From Pseudomonadota bacterium (lineage in GTDB: Bacteria > Pseudomonadota > Gammaproteobacteria > JBCCGL01), in assembly GCA_039029275.1 (NCBI GenBank), contig JBCCGL010000011.1, positions 44,676-108,675 of the forward strand: DNA of 64,000 nucleotides, given 5' to 3'. Shown here piece after piece: positions 30,442-40,273 of this stretch; positions within the stretch are counted from its first letter, which is position 1, and each line of letters begins with the position of its first letter. The notes below the pieces were generated by a model that saw only the letters and a program-made list of their open reading frames with translations, had not been told where the DNA came from and searched no databases. Position numbers and translations under genes: made by a program.

Positions 30442-33400
30442 ATGAATCAGTCTACGCGATGGAAGTTCATGGGGATTGGCGCAACGGCGCACCGCACATT
30501 ATTGAGTGCACTGGTGTTGAGCTTGTTCGGCTTATTGCACGCTTGTGGAGGCAGCGGCGGCGACGGAAGTGATGAGCCATCTGGAGATGCAGCCGACGAC
30601 TCGCCTTCTCTCGTTATCAACGTCAGTTCACTTGCCGTGCGACAAGGCAACACCGGTGTCGCAGTAGTTCAACTCGAAAATGCACCTGAGGATTTCGGGC
30701 AACTGACTATTGAAGCCGATCTTGACGCCACCGGCGTCAGCATCGCCGTGGACGACTGCTCTCCCGTCAGCGATGTTTGTCAGGAATTGCAAGTCACCCC
30801 GGATAGCTCAGCGGTTCCCGCAATTTACGACATTCAAATTACGGCGTCAGCGAACGACTCGGAGGTTTTGACTCTCCAGAACAATGCGGGCGAGTTGTCG
30901 CTATTGGTTTTACCCGCGGTCGGCACTGCACCGGCTTTGGCGGTCGCCACAGGTGATCACTCGATGGCCCTGTTGTCCGATGGAAAACTGCTTGCGTGGG
31001 GTAAAAACTCGCAAGGCCAAACCGGCAGTGATCCAGCAATTTTCCCGAGTATCATCGCTCCCACTGAAGTGGAATTACCCACGGCAGAGCGGGTAACGGA
31101 GTTTGAAGTAGGCGACGCTCACTCAGTGGTGTTGTTGGAGGATGGCAGTGTGCTCAATTGGGGCGGCAACGAATTCAGCCAACTGGGTCGCCCCTCGAGC
31201 CAATCACTCGCCGCAGCCGACCTCGCACGCACCCCGACGCCAGAATTTGTGAATTCACTTAGCGCAGTCGAGTCTATCGCGGCAGGTAACAATCACACCT
31301 TGGCCTTACTCGAGACCGGCGCAATTGTCGCCTGGGGTGATAACCAGTTTGGACAACTGGGCAATGGGTCGACAGATTCAAGTTCGGACCCTGTTCAGGT
31401 ATCAAGTATCAATTCTGTAGTCGCCATCTTCGCAGGCGGCAATCACTCCATGGCGATTCTTGAAGACGGTACCCTCTGGACCTGGGGAGCGAACGAATTT
31501 GGGCAACTGGGTACCGGTGATACTGAAGACAGCGCTACGCCTCGTCCGGTAACCCAGCTTAGCAACGTCGTGGAGGCGGCGGCTGGCCGCACATTTAGCG
31601 CGGCGCTACTCCAAAATGGCGAAGTTTGGGTGTGGGGATTTAATACGAGCGGATTGTTGGGCGTGCAAGGCATTGATCGCAGCATAACGCCAATTCGGAT
31701 AGACGCTATTCAAAATGCCATCGCGATTACCGCTGGAGACGCGCACGCAATGGCTTTGATCGACGACGGTACAGTCATGGCCTGGGGCGATAATTCGTTC
31801 GGTCAATTGGGAATCGAAACGCAATCACCCGCGGTGGGGCCAATTCAAGTTGACGGTTTGGCGGACGTGCGCTCGATCTCCGCGGGGGCCAATCGTTCAA
31901 TGGCTTTGCGCGCCAACTGCGCCAGTGGCGGATCAGTCCTGGCGTGGGGATCGAACTCGTCCGGCGATCTTGGAATTGCGGCGATTGAGTCCAGCGTTAC
32001 CCCTGTTCCTGTCTTTGGGATCGCCGAAACGGGCGAATGCGCCGATGTCTCCCTGCTTATCGCCAAGCTTGGCAATGGCGCGGGTACTGTGACCAGCAAC
32101 GACAACAACATAAATTGCGGCGCAGATTGCGCAGCCGCGTACGAGCGTGAATCGGTGGTGGAACTGTCTGCCAGCGCGGATCGGTCATCGCGGTTCGTTG
32201 CCTGGGGGCTGGATTGCACCGCAGCCAATCCTGACAATCCCGATCAGTCGATTGTCACCATGGACAGCGCCAAGGTATGTACCGCCGAATTCGAGCAACA
32301 GACGTCGCCGCCGACTGCCGTTTTTTCCTTCACCCCTGACTCACCTCGCGCCGGAGAAACCGTGGTATTTGACGCCACAGAAAGCTCCGACAGCAACGGT
32401 ACCGTGGAAACCCACGAATGGGACTTTGATTATGATGGCATTAACTTTGTCCCCGACTCGATCCTTACAGGCGAGACTGTCAGCACCAGTTTTCCGGCCG
32501 GAGATTTTGTCGTCGCGCTGCGCGTGACTGACAACGACGGCCTCAGCACGATTACCGTTAGCGACATCGGTGTTCAGCCATTGGCCATACCCGTAGCACG
32601 GTTTGTATTGTCGCCCAGTTCGCCAAAGGTCGGCGAGCTCGTGCAGTTTGACGCAAACGACAGTGATGATGCCGATGGCGAGGTTGTCGCCTATGAATGG
32701 GACTTCACCTACGTCGGCGACGATGGCTTTTTACCTGAGCCTGACGCTGTCGGTCCCAACGTGTCGCTGTCCTATCAATCCGCTGGAACGCTCACCGTGG
32801 CGCTGAGAGTCACCGATGATGACGATCTTCAGTCAACGCTCTACACACAGACGTTTACCGTCAATGCGCTCGTCCCACCGACTGCCACATTTACATTAAA
32901 TCCGACCAACCCAAGAGACGGCGATACTGTTAGCTTTGATGCATCGCAAAGCGCAGACAGCGATGGCGTAATTCAAAGGTACGCATGGGACTTTGAGTTT
33001 GACAACGAAGACTTTATCGCTGACGTGGAAGGCCCTGATGCCACCACGCCAACCTACACCTTCTCTGGACCCGGTCAGTTCCTGGTTGCGCTCGAAGTAA
33101 CAGACGATGACAATCAAACAACCCGCACAACGCGCTCGATAACGGTTGATCCCTTACTCCCACCGACTGCAAATTTCACCCATGCGGATTCAGTCAAGGT
33201 TGGTACCGATGTGACGTTCGATGGCTCCTCCAGTGCAGACAACGACGGCGGAACTATCGTGAGTTGGGAGTGGGATTTCAATTATAACAATCAGGTTTTC
33301 AACCCCACCGGTTCGGGCGAGGTTGCGACCAGCAGCTATGCCGATGTGGGTGACTATACCGTCGCGCTGCGCGTAACTGACAACGACGGCCTGGTATCAC

Positions 33401-33987
33401 CGATTGTGACAAGCGTGATCACCGTCAATCCACTGGTAGCACCCGACGCGGCATTTTCGGTGAGTACAGCAACCCCGCTGCTGGGAGAGTTGGTTACCTT
33501 CGATGGCAACGAAAGCAGCGATAGCGACGGAGTCGTTGTCACCTACGAGTGGGACTTCACGTTTAATTTTGAGGTATTTGAAGTCGATCAAATCAGCACA
33601 TCGCCAACGATCGACTTTGCCTATCAGTTCGGTGGAAACTACATCGCCGGGTTGCGCGTGATTGACGACGATGGCCTGGTTTCCGACGAAGTGTTTATCC
33701 AACTGACGGTTGATGCGCCACCGACGGCGGGTTTTGATCTGCCCCCGCAAAACCCGGTACAGAATAGCCGTGTGACTTTCACCAGTACCAGTACCGACGA
33801 TGGCAACATCGTCGTCTACGCCTGGGACTTTGACGGCGACGGTGTTGCGGATTCCTTCGAGCCTCAGGACACCTTTATCTACACAGTGCCGGGTACTTAT
33901 TCCGTGAGCCTAACGGTCACCGATGATCGCGATCAGACCGATACGCTGGTGCAGACGATTACCGTTGATCCCGGTACGTTTTTTTAG
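30442..33987 (+). CDS. lipoprotein with 7 RCC1 repeats, a bacterial (InlB-B-like) repeat and 6 PKD domains
   Basis: Lipobox LHA-C followed by GGSGG; seven H-S/T...WG.N..GQLG repeats; six WDF...VTD.DG PKD units. Start is 30442 or 30469. Confidence 0.88.
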   Translation: MNQSTRWKFMGIGATAHRTLLSALVLSLFGLLHACGGSGGDGSDEPSGDAADDSPSLVINVSSLAVRQGNTGVAVVQLENAPEDFGQLTIEADLDATGVSIAVDDCSPVSDVCQELQVTPDSSAVPAIYDIQITASANDSEVLTLQNNAGELSLLVLPAVGTAPALAVATGDHSMALLSDGKLLAWGKNSQGQTGSDPAIFPSIIAPTEVELPTAERVTEFEVGDAHSVVLLEDGSVLNWGGNEFSQLGRPSSQSLAAADLARTPTPEFVNSLSAVESIAAGNNHTLALLETGAIVAWGDNQFGQLGNGSTDSSSDPVQVSSINSVVAIFAGGNHSMAILEDGTLWTWGANEFGQLGTGDTEDSATPRPVTQLSNVVEAAAGRTFSAALLQNGEVWVWGFNTSGLLGVQGIDRSITPIRIDAIQNAIAITAGDAHAMALIDDGTVMAWGDNSFGQLGIETQSPAVGPIQVDGLADVRSISAGANRSMALRANCASGGSVLAWGSNSSGDLGIAAIESSVTPVPVFGIAETGECADVSLLIAKLGNGAGTVTSNDNNINCGADCAAAYERESVVELSASADRSSRFVAWGLDCTAANPDNPDQSIVTMDSAKVCTAEFEQQTSPPTAVFSFTPDSPRAGETVVFDATESSDSNGTVETHEWDFDYDGINFVPDSILTGETVSTSFPAGDFVVALRVTDNDGLSTITVSDIGVQPLAIPVARFVLSPSSPKVGELVQFDANDSDDADGEVVAYEWDFTYVGDDGFLPEPDAVGPNVSLSYQSAGTLTVALRVTDDDDLQSTLYTQTFTVNALVPPTATFTLNPTNPRDGDTVSFDASQSADSDGVIQRYAWDFEFDNEDFIADVEGPDATTPTYTFSGPGQFLVALEVTDDDNQTTRTTRSITVDPLLPPTANFTHADSVKVGTDVTFDGSSSADNDGGTIVSWEWDFNYNNQVFNPTGSGEVATSSYADVGDYTVALRVTDNDGLVSPIVTSVITVNPLVAPDAAFSVSTATPLLGELVTFDGNESSDSDGVVVTYEWDFTFNFEVFEVDQISTSPTIDFAYQFGGNYIAGLRVIDDDGLVSDEVFIQLTVDAPPTAGFDLPPQNPVQNSRVTFTSTSTDDGNIVVYAWDFDGDGVADSFEPQDTFIYTVPGTYSVSLTVTDDRDQTDTLVQTITVDPGTFF

Positions 33988-34033
33988 CGGCAAGTCACAG
34001 GAAATCAGCGGAAAGAAACACGCCAACGCCCGT

Positions 34034-34489
34034 TCATTGGCTGCGCGAAACCCGTGCGATTGCTCGATCCAGATGATTGGCAAAGGCCTGCTTCTCTCGC
34101 TGACCGAACGGCGCAGGACCGCCTATTTGTGCGCCGGTGCTGCGCATATCCTCCATAAAATCGCGCATATTCAAGCGCGCCTTGATCGTATCGGCCGTGT
34201 GCAGTTCCCCGCGCGGGCTGAGCGCCGTCGCACCGCGATCGATAACATCCGACGCCAACGGTATATCCGAGGTAATCACAAGATCGCCTTTGCGTACCTC
34301 TGAGGTGATTTTATCGTCCGCAACGTCGAAGCCGTGCTCGACCTGCAGCATGCGAACGTTGCTGAGCTTAGGCAGCGGGAGCGCGCGATTGGCGACGAAG
34401 ATTAGTGGCACACCGGTGCGGCGCGCAGCCTTGAATAAAATTTCGCGAATCACGACCGGACAGGCGTCCGCGTCTACCCAGATTTGCAT
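34034..34489 (-). CDS. YaiI/YqxD (UPF0178) family protein
   Basis: [12 protein letters not shown]...GFDVADDKI...[11 protein letters not shown]. Confidence 0.92.
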   Translation of the reverse strand: MQIWVDADACPVVIREILFKAARRTGVPLIFVANRALPLPKLSNVRMLQVEHGFDVADDKITSEVRKGDLVITSDIPLASDVIDRGATALSPRGELHTADTIKARLNMRDFMEDMRSTGAQIGGPAPFGQREKQAFANHLDRAIARVSRSQ

Positions 34490-34549
34490 GCAGATAAGAA
34501 GATCGAAGGGCTGGCCGGAGTGAGCACCCGGCCAGCTAAACACCAAACT

Positions 34550-35821
34550 CTATGCAGCAGCGGCCAAAGCCTGTTCAATATCTTCGATGATGTCCTCGAC
34601 ATTCTCGATGCCAATCGACAGGCGGACAAGATCACGCGAAACACCCGAAGAAGCGAGTTCTTCATCCGATAACTGGCGATGTGTGGTCGAAGCCGGATGA
34701 CAGGCCAGCGATTTCGCATCGCCGATGTTCACCAGTCGCGTGACCAGCTGAAGCGCATCGATAAATTTGGCGCCCGCCTCGGCACCGCCTTTGATGCCAA
34801 AGCTCATCACCCCGGAACCGCGTCCACCGCAGTATTTGTCGAGCAGTGCTTTATGCGGGCTGTCGTCGAGTGCGGCGTAGCGCACCCACTCGACCTGCGA
34901 GTGTCCTTGCAGGTGTTTGGCCACGGCAAGCGTGTTGTCGCAGATTCGATCCATTCGCAGCGGCAGTGTTTCCAGTCCTTGCAACGTGAGAAACGCGTTC
35001 ATCGGCGAGATTGCAGCACCCGTGTTGCGCAATGGCACGACCCGAGCGCGCAGGATGTACGGCGGGAGTCCGGTCTCGGTGTACACGACCCCGTGATAGG
35101 ACACATCTGGCTCATTGAGGCGATTGAATCGGGTCTTGTTGGCGGTCCAGTCAAAGTTGTTCGAGTCCACGATCATGCCGCCGATGATCGTTCCGTGACC
35201 ACCGATGTACTTGGTCAGCGAGTGCATCACGATATCGCAACCGTGCTCGATTGGTCGACACAGGTACGGCGACGGCACTGTGTTATCGACGATCACTGGC
35301 ACTCCGTGCGCGTGCGCGATGTCAGAAATTTTTTCCAGATCGACGACATTGCCCGCAGGGTTGCCAATCGATTCACAAAATACCGCCTTGGTGCGCGAGT
35401 CGATCAGTGACGCGATCGAATCGAGGTCTTCGTGATTGGCGAAGCGGGTCTCAATGCCAAACTGCGGCATGGTGTGCGCGAGCAGATTGTACGTACCGCC
35501 ATAAAGAGAGGTCAGGCTTACGATATTGTCGCCGGCCTCGGCAATAGTCTGGATCGAATAAGTGGTTGCGGCTTGCCCGGACGCGAGCGCAAGACCTGCA
35601 ACTCCACCCTCCATGTCCGCCACGCGTTGCTCGAGCACATCGTGCGTCGGGTTCATAATGCGCGTGTAAATATTGCCGAGGACTTTCAGGTCAAACAGAT
35701 CAGCACCGTGTTGGGTATCGTCAAACGCGTAGGCGGTCGTTTGGTAGATGGGCACTGCCACCGAGTTGGTGGTCGGGTCTGGTTTATAACCGGAGTGAAC
35801 CGCTTTGGTTTCTATTCTCAT
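34550..35821 (-). CDS. metY: O-acetylhomoserine aminocarboxypropyltransferase (sulfhydrylase)
   Basis: AVPIYQTTAYAF, GNIYTRIMNPT, PLP Lys in HSLTKYIGGHG, NIGDAKSLACHPASTTHRQL; GAGG RBS. Confidence 0.92.
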   Translation of the reverse strand: MRIETKAVHSGYKPDPTTNSVAVPIYQTTAYAFDDTQHGADLFDLKVLGNIYTRIMNPTHDVLEQRVADMEGGVAGLALASGQAATTYSIQTIAEAGDNIVSLTSLYGGTYNLLAHTMPQFGIETRFANHEDLDSIASLIDSRTKAVFCESIGNPAGNVVDLEKISDIAHAHGVPVIVDNTVPSPYLCRPIEHGCDIVMHSLTKYIGGHGTIIGGMIVDSNNFDWTANKTRFNRLNEPDVSYHGVVYTETGLPPYILRARVVPLRNTGAAISPMNAFLTLQGLETLPLRMDRICDNTLAVAKHLQGHSQVEWVRYAALDDSPHKALLDKYCGGRGSGVMSFGIKGGAEAGAKFIDALQLVTRLVNIGDAKSLACHPASTTHRQLSDEELASSGVSRDLVRLSIGIENVEDIIEDIEQALAAAA

Positions 35822-35845
35822 TGCAAACATCCTCTTTTGACTCGT

Positions 35846-35899
35846 AAAGGCGTAGCGAACTACACCAGGCGAGTGTATACGCCCGCAACACGAGGGCGC
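35846..35899 (-). promoter_or_regulatory. structured leader with competing helices upstream of metY
   Basis: GGUGUAG-UUCG-CUACGCC-UUU hairpin plus alternative pairings with an upstream GGGCGUA segment. Confidence 0.4.
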
Positions 35900-35912
35900 A
35901 ACGTAAGGAATT

Positions 35913-37052
35913 TCAGACAGTTGTGAGGATGCTGATTGGGAATGCGACAAAAAACGTACTGCTTGTGCCGACTTCAGATTCCACCCAGATGCGCGCATCG
36001 TGGCGTTCGGCAATCCGCTTACACACGGCCAACCCGATACCGGTGCCGGGAAACTCGCTTTGTGAATGCAGTCGTTGGAATATCTCGAAAATCCTTGTGT
36101 GGTACTCCGGCTTTACACCAATACCGTTGTCGCGAATCGATACGATGTGTTCGTCGTCGGTTGAGTGGCAGGCGATTGCTATCTCAGGTGGCGCGCTACC
36201 GCGATACTTGATGGCATTGCCGATCAGATTTTGAAATAACTGAGAAAGTTGAGCGGGATCACCCTGGATTTGAGGCAGCGCCTCTATATTTACGTTTGCT
36301 GCGGATTCCTGAATTGAACCTTGCAAAACCTGCACAGCGTCGTTGACCGACTCGGCCAAATCCAGTTGAGTCAATGCTGATTTTCGAGAGTCAACTCGGG
36401 CGTATTCAAGCAGATCGTCGATCAACAGGCCCATGCGATTGGCACTTGCGTCGATCATTGAAATCCACTCTTGCGCTTCATTGTCGAGTTGATCGTGATG
36501 ATTCTTGAGCAACATACCGATCAGTGTGCTGATGTGGCGCAGCGGCGTTTGCAAATCATGCGAGGCAACATAAGCAAACTGCTGCAGTTCGAGGTTGCTT
36601 TGCGCCAGCGCGGCGTTGGACTCCTTGAGCTTCTCATTAAGTTCCTGCACAGCGTTTTGCCAGTATTTTTGCCGTGTGATATCGCGACAAATCAGCGAAC
36701 ACGATTTTATCTCTCCGGATTCAGACAATGTCGGCCATAACGACAGCGATACGTCAATCGGCTCCCCGGTTTTTGACATGCGCCTAGTTTCAAAATTCTC
36801 GATTTTTTGACCGAGCCGGAGCATGGCGCGAAACTCGTCCGACTCCGAGTGCAAGTCCGGGGGTACAAACATCGACATGTTGAGGCCGATGACCTCGTCT
36901 GCTCCAAAACCGAACAGAGATTCCGCACCCAAATTCCAGCTAAGAATTTCCCCATAGAGCGTTGTGCTGATAATTGCCTCGCCGGAGGACTGAACGATTG
37001 CTGCGAGGTGAGCATCGTGATGAGGGAGATCTTTATTTTGTAGCACGGACAC
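35913..37052 (-). CDS. cytoplasmic PAS-domain sensor histidine kinase
   Basis: PAS (ILSWNLGAESLFG, RRMSKTGEPIDV), H-box QQFAYVASHDLQTPL, G-boxes DNGIG and GTGIGLAVC. Confidence 0.93.
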   Translation of the reverse strand: MSVLQNKDLPHHDAHLAAIVQSSGEAIISTTLYGEILSWNLGAESLFGFGADEVIGLNMSMFVPPDLHSESDEFRAMLRLGQKIENFETRRMSKTGEPIDVSLSLWPTLSESGEIKSCSLICRDITRQKYWQNAVQELNEKLKESNAALAQSNLELQQFAYVASHDLQTPLRHISTLIGMLLKNHHDQLDNEAQEWISMIDASANRMGLLIDDLLEYARVDSRKSALTQLDLAESVNDAVQVLQGSIQESAANVNIEALPQIQGDPAQLSQLFQNLIGNAIKYRGSAPPEIAIACHSTDDEHIVSIRDNGIGVKPEYHTRIFEIFQRLHSQSEFPGTGIGLAVCKRIAERHDARIWVESEVGTSSTFFVAFPISILTTV

Positions 37053-37145
37053 GCAGGCTCAGCCTAACACCAGAAACAACCTCTGAGTGTAGTAGGCACT
37101 CTCGAATCCGGGCGTTTAATAACCCGCTAAGCGAACCAGCGCGAC

Positions 37146-38096
<951 letters not shown>

Positions 38097-38161
38097 TCAC
38101 CGAACAAAACGAGCCAGCCTGGAGTGACTATTCGTTTTACTTCGCAACTGCGTTAGACTGA

Positions 38162-38179
38162 ATTTGAATGGATTCAAAT
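38162..38179. promoter_or_regulatory. perfect palindrome ATTTGAAT-GG-ATTCAAAT, CRP/FNR-family-like spacing
   Basis: Core TTGAA-N4-TTCAA versus the FNR consensus TTGAT-N4-ATCAA; lies in a divergent intergenic region. Confidence 0.45.
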
Positions 38180-38259
38180 CAAATAGAACAAGACCCGCCA
38201 GACGGCTGAATTTACTCCGGGGCTCAAATGGTGGTCATTAGAAAAGGTTGAGGGTGTCA

Positions 38260-38850
38260 ATGCGAGCGGACGAGGTGTTTCAAAAAACCGCAAGCGGTCA
38301 ATACGAGGTGAACGAAAAGTCCGCCGGGCTTTCGATGCGCGAGCGCCGTGTGCTAATTCTGCTTAACGGACAGCGTACGCTAGGGCAGGTACAGCAAATG
38401 TCGCTGGTCGAGACTATCGAAGCAGTGATCGACAAGCTTCTCGACCTGGACTTGATCGAACCGCTGCGCGCGAATTCACGCCGCACGCCAACATCAAATG
38501 TGTCTTTGGCCGAACCCGCAACCAAAACGGCACCCCAGCGCGCGGTCGAACCTCCAATTCAAACGCCCCGTCAAGCTAATGCGCCGACACCTGTCGATGT
38601 GCCCGTCGCGTCATCCGGCCCGATAACCGCGCAAGCGCAGACCTTTATGCGCAACAGCCTGCTTCGGTTTGCCAACCGTGTGCGGGTATCCAAGCTTGTC
38701 AGCAGCATTGACAGCGCAGCTAACTCAGCAGAATTAAAACCCTTGATCAAACCTTGGTATGACGCAATCGCTGAGTCTCCAACCGGCATCTATGAAGTCG
38801 ACGATCTCAAGGCATCGTTGCTCGAAATGCTGTTGGCCGAAGAGGTCTGA
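38260..38850 (+). CDS. hypothetical protein with winged-helix-like N-terminal domain
   Basis: FQKTASGQYEV...LSMRERRVLILLNGQRT; Pro/Ala-rich linker; helical C-terminal domain. Confidence 0.75.
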   Translation: MRADEVFQKTASGQYEVNEKSAGLSMRERRVLILLNGQRTLGQVQQMSLVETIEAVIDKLLDLDLIEPLRANSRRTPTSNVSLAEPATKTAPQRAVEPPIQTPRQANAPTPVDVPVASSGPITAQAQTFMRNSLLRFANRVRVSKLVSSIDSAANSAELKPLIKPWYDAIAESPTGIYEVDDLKASLLEMLLAEEV

Positions 38851-38869
38851 GCGACTGCTGCGCCCTCAG

Positions 38870-40195
38870 TCAGAGAGCCTTGAAACTCGCATCTAAACCA
38901 TCGGCAATCGTATCAACATCGTCCATCGAAAGGCACAGCGGGGGCACGAAACGCAACACGCTTTTATGCGGGCCCGATTTACTCAGTATCAGATCGTTGT
39001 CGCGCGCCAGTTCAAACACGCGCGCGACGGTATCGGGGTCTGGCTCCCGGGTTTCTCGGTCTTTAACCAGTTCGATGGCAAGCATCAGGCCCTTGCCGCG
39101 CACGTCACCAATTACCGGGTAGCGGGTTTTTAACTCGCGCAGGCGTTCGAGCAGCGCGGCTCCAACTTTTTTTGCATTGGCGGGCAATTGTTCGTCGCGC
39201 ATCACCTTGAGGACCGCGCGACCGGCGGCGCACGCGGTTGGGCTCGCACCGTAGGTGTGAAAGCAAAACTTACCCGCCATCGACTCTGCCACATCGCGCC
39301 TGGCGACGACCGCGCCAATCGGAAAACCATTGCCAATGCCCTTGGCCATGACAATGATGTCCGGCACCACGTCGTGCTGCATAAATGACCAGTAGGTCTC
39401 ACCCGTGCGTCCAGCGCCGCTTTGAACTTCATCAATCACACACACGCCGCCAGCCGCACGTACGCGTTCAAACGCGCCTTTAATATAACCCTGCGGCATT
39501 TCCACAATGCCACCGTAGCCTTGCACAGGCTCGATGATCATTCCCGCCAGATGCCCGCTGGTGCCGGCCGTCACGGTGCGGTCGAGATCATCAAGATACG
39601 CCTCGACATTGTCGCCGTGAGCGCCCCGATAAATATTGGGGTCAGGCGTGAACACGACACCCCCTAACTGCGGAACGTTGTGGCGAAAGTTCGCGATACC
39701 CGTCAACGCCATCGCACCAAACGTTGCGCCGTGATACGCACTTTGCAACGCGATGAAATCCGTGTTTCCCGTGTAAGCGCGAGACATTAACAAAGCGAGG
39801 TCGATTGCCTCGGTGCCCGAGTTGGTAAAGTGCACCGTCCAGTCGTGGCCTTGCGGCAATGTTGCGGTCAGTTCTTCTGCGTAGTGCGCGGGTACGGGGT
39901 GGTAGAACATGGTGGTGCAGTGCTGCAACGTGTGCGCCTGCTCGGCTACAGCGGCAGCGACGACCGGGTGCGAGTGCCCGACCGATACGCACACGTTCAT
40001 CCCCAGAAGATCGATAAACCTGCGCCCGTCGACGCCCCATAAATACTGCCCTTCACCACGTTGGAAAATCTGCGGTGTTTGATAGGGCACGAACGCGCGC
40101 TGCGATGCCGCGTAGTATTTTTCGCGTCGGTCGACGATGGCATCTTCGTTCCAGTCAATCGACAAATCTGATGAATGCTGTGTTGCTGTAACCAT
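38870..40195 (-). CDS. class III PLP aminotransferase (AGXT2-like)
   Basis: GEGQYLW, FTNSGTEA, YHGAT, EPVQGYGG, DEVQSGAGRTG, MAKGIGNG; probable ATG at 40195. Confidence 0.92.
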   Translation of the reverse strand: MVTATQHSSDLSIDWNEDAIVDRREKYYAASQRAFVPYQTPQIFQRGEGQYLWGVDGRRFIDLLGMNVCVSVGHSHPVVAAAVAEQAHTLQHCTTMFYHPVPAHYAEELTATLPQGHDWTVHFTNSGTEAIDLALLMSRAYTGNTDFIALQSAYHGATFGAMALTGIANFRHNVPQLGGVVFTPDPNIYRGAHGDNVEAYLDDLDRTVTAGTSGHLAGMIIEPVQGYGGIVEMPQGYIKGAFERVRAAGGVCVIDEVQSGAGRTGETYWSFMQHDVVPDIIVMAKGIGNGFPIGAVVARRDVAESMAGKFCFHTYGASPTACAAGRAVLKVMRDEQLPANAKKVGAALLERLRELKTRYPVIGDVRGKGLMLAIELVKDRETREPDPDTVARVFELARDNDLILSKSGPHKSVLRFVPPLCLSMDDVDTIADGLDASFKAL

Positions 40196-40273
40196 AGTGT
40201 TTACCCGCAATAGTGGTTTACCAAGTGCACCTTGTTCCAATTCCGCAGTTGCGAAAATGAAGAAAATTCGTTT

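Noticed and set aside
30900-33987. CRISPR or DNA tandem repeat in the repetitive lipoprotein and collagen genes
   Set aside because: The repeats are degenerate and at the protein level; there are no identical DNA repeats with spacers and no cas genes.
34679-35410. 243 aa ORF antisense to metY
   Set aside because: Shadow ORF of a well-conserved gene; no motifs or RBS.
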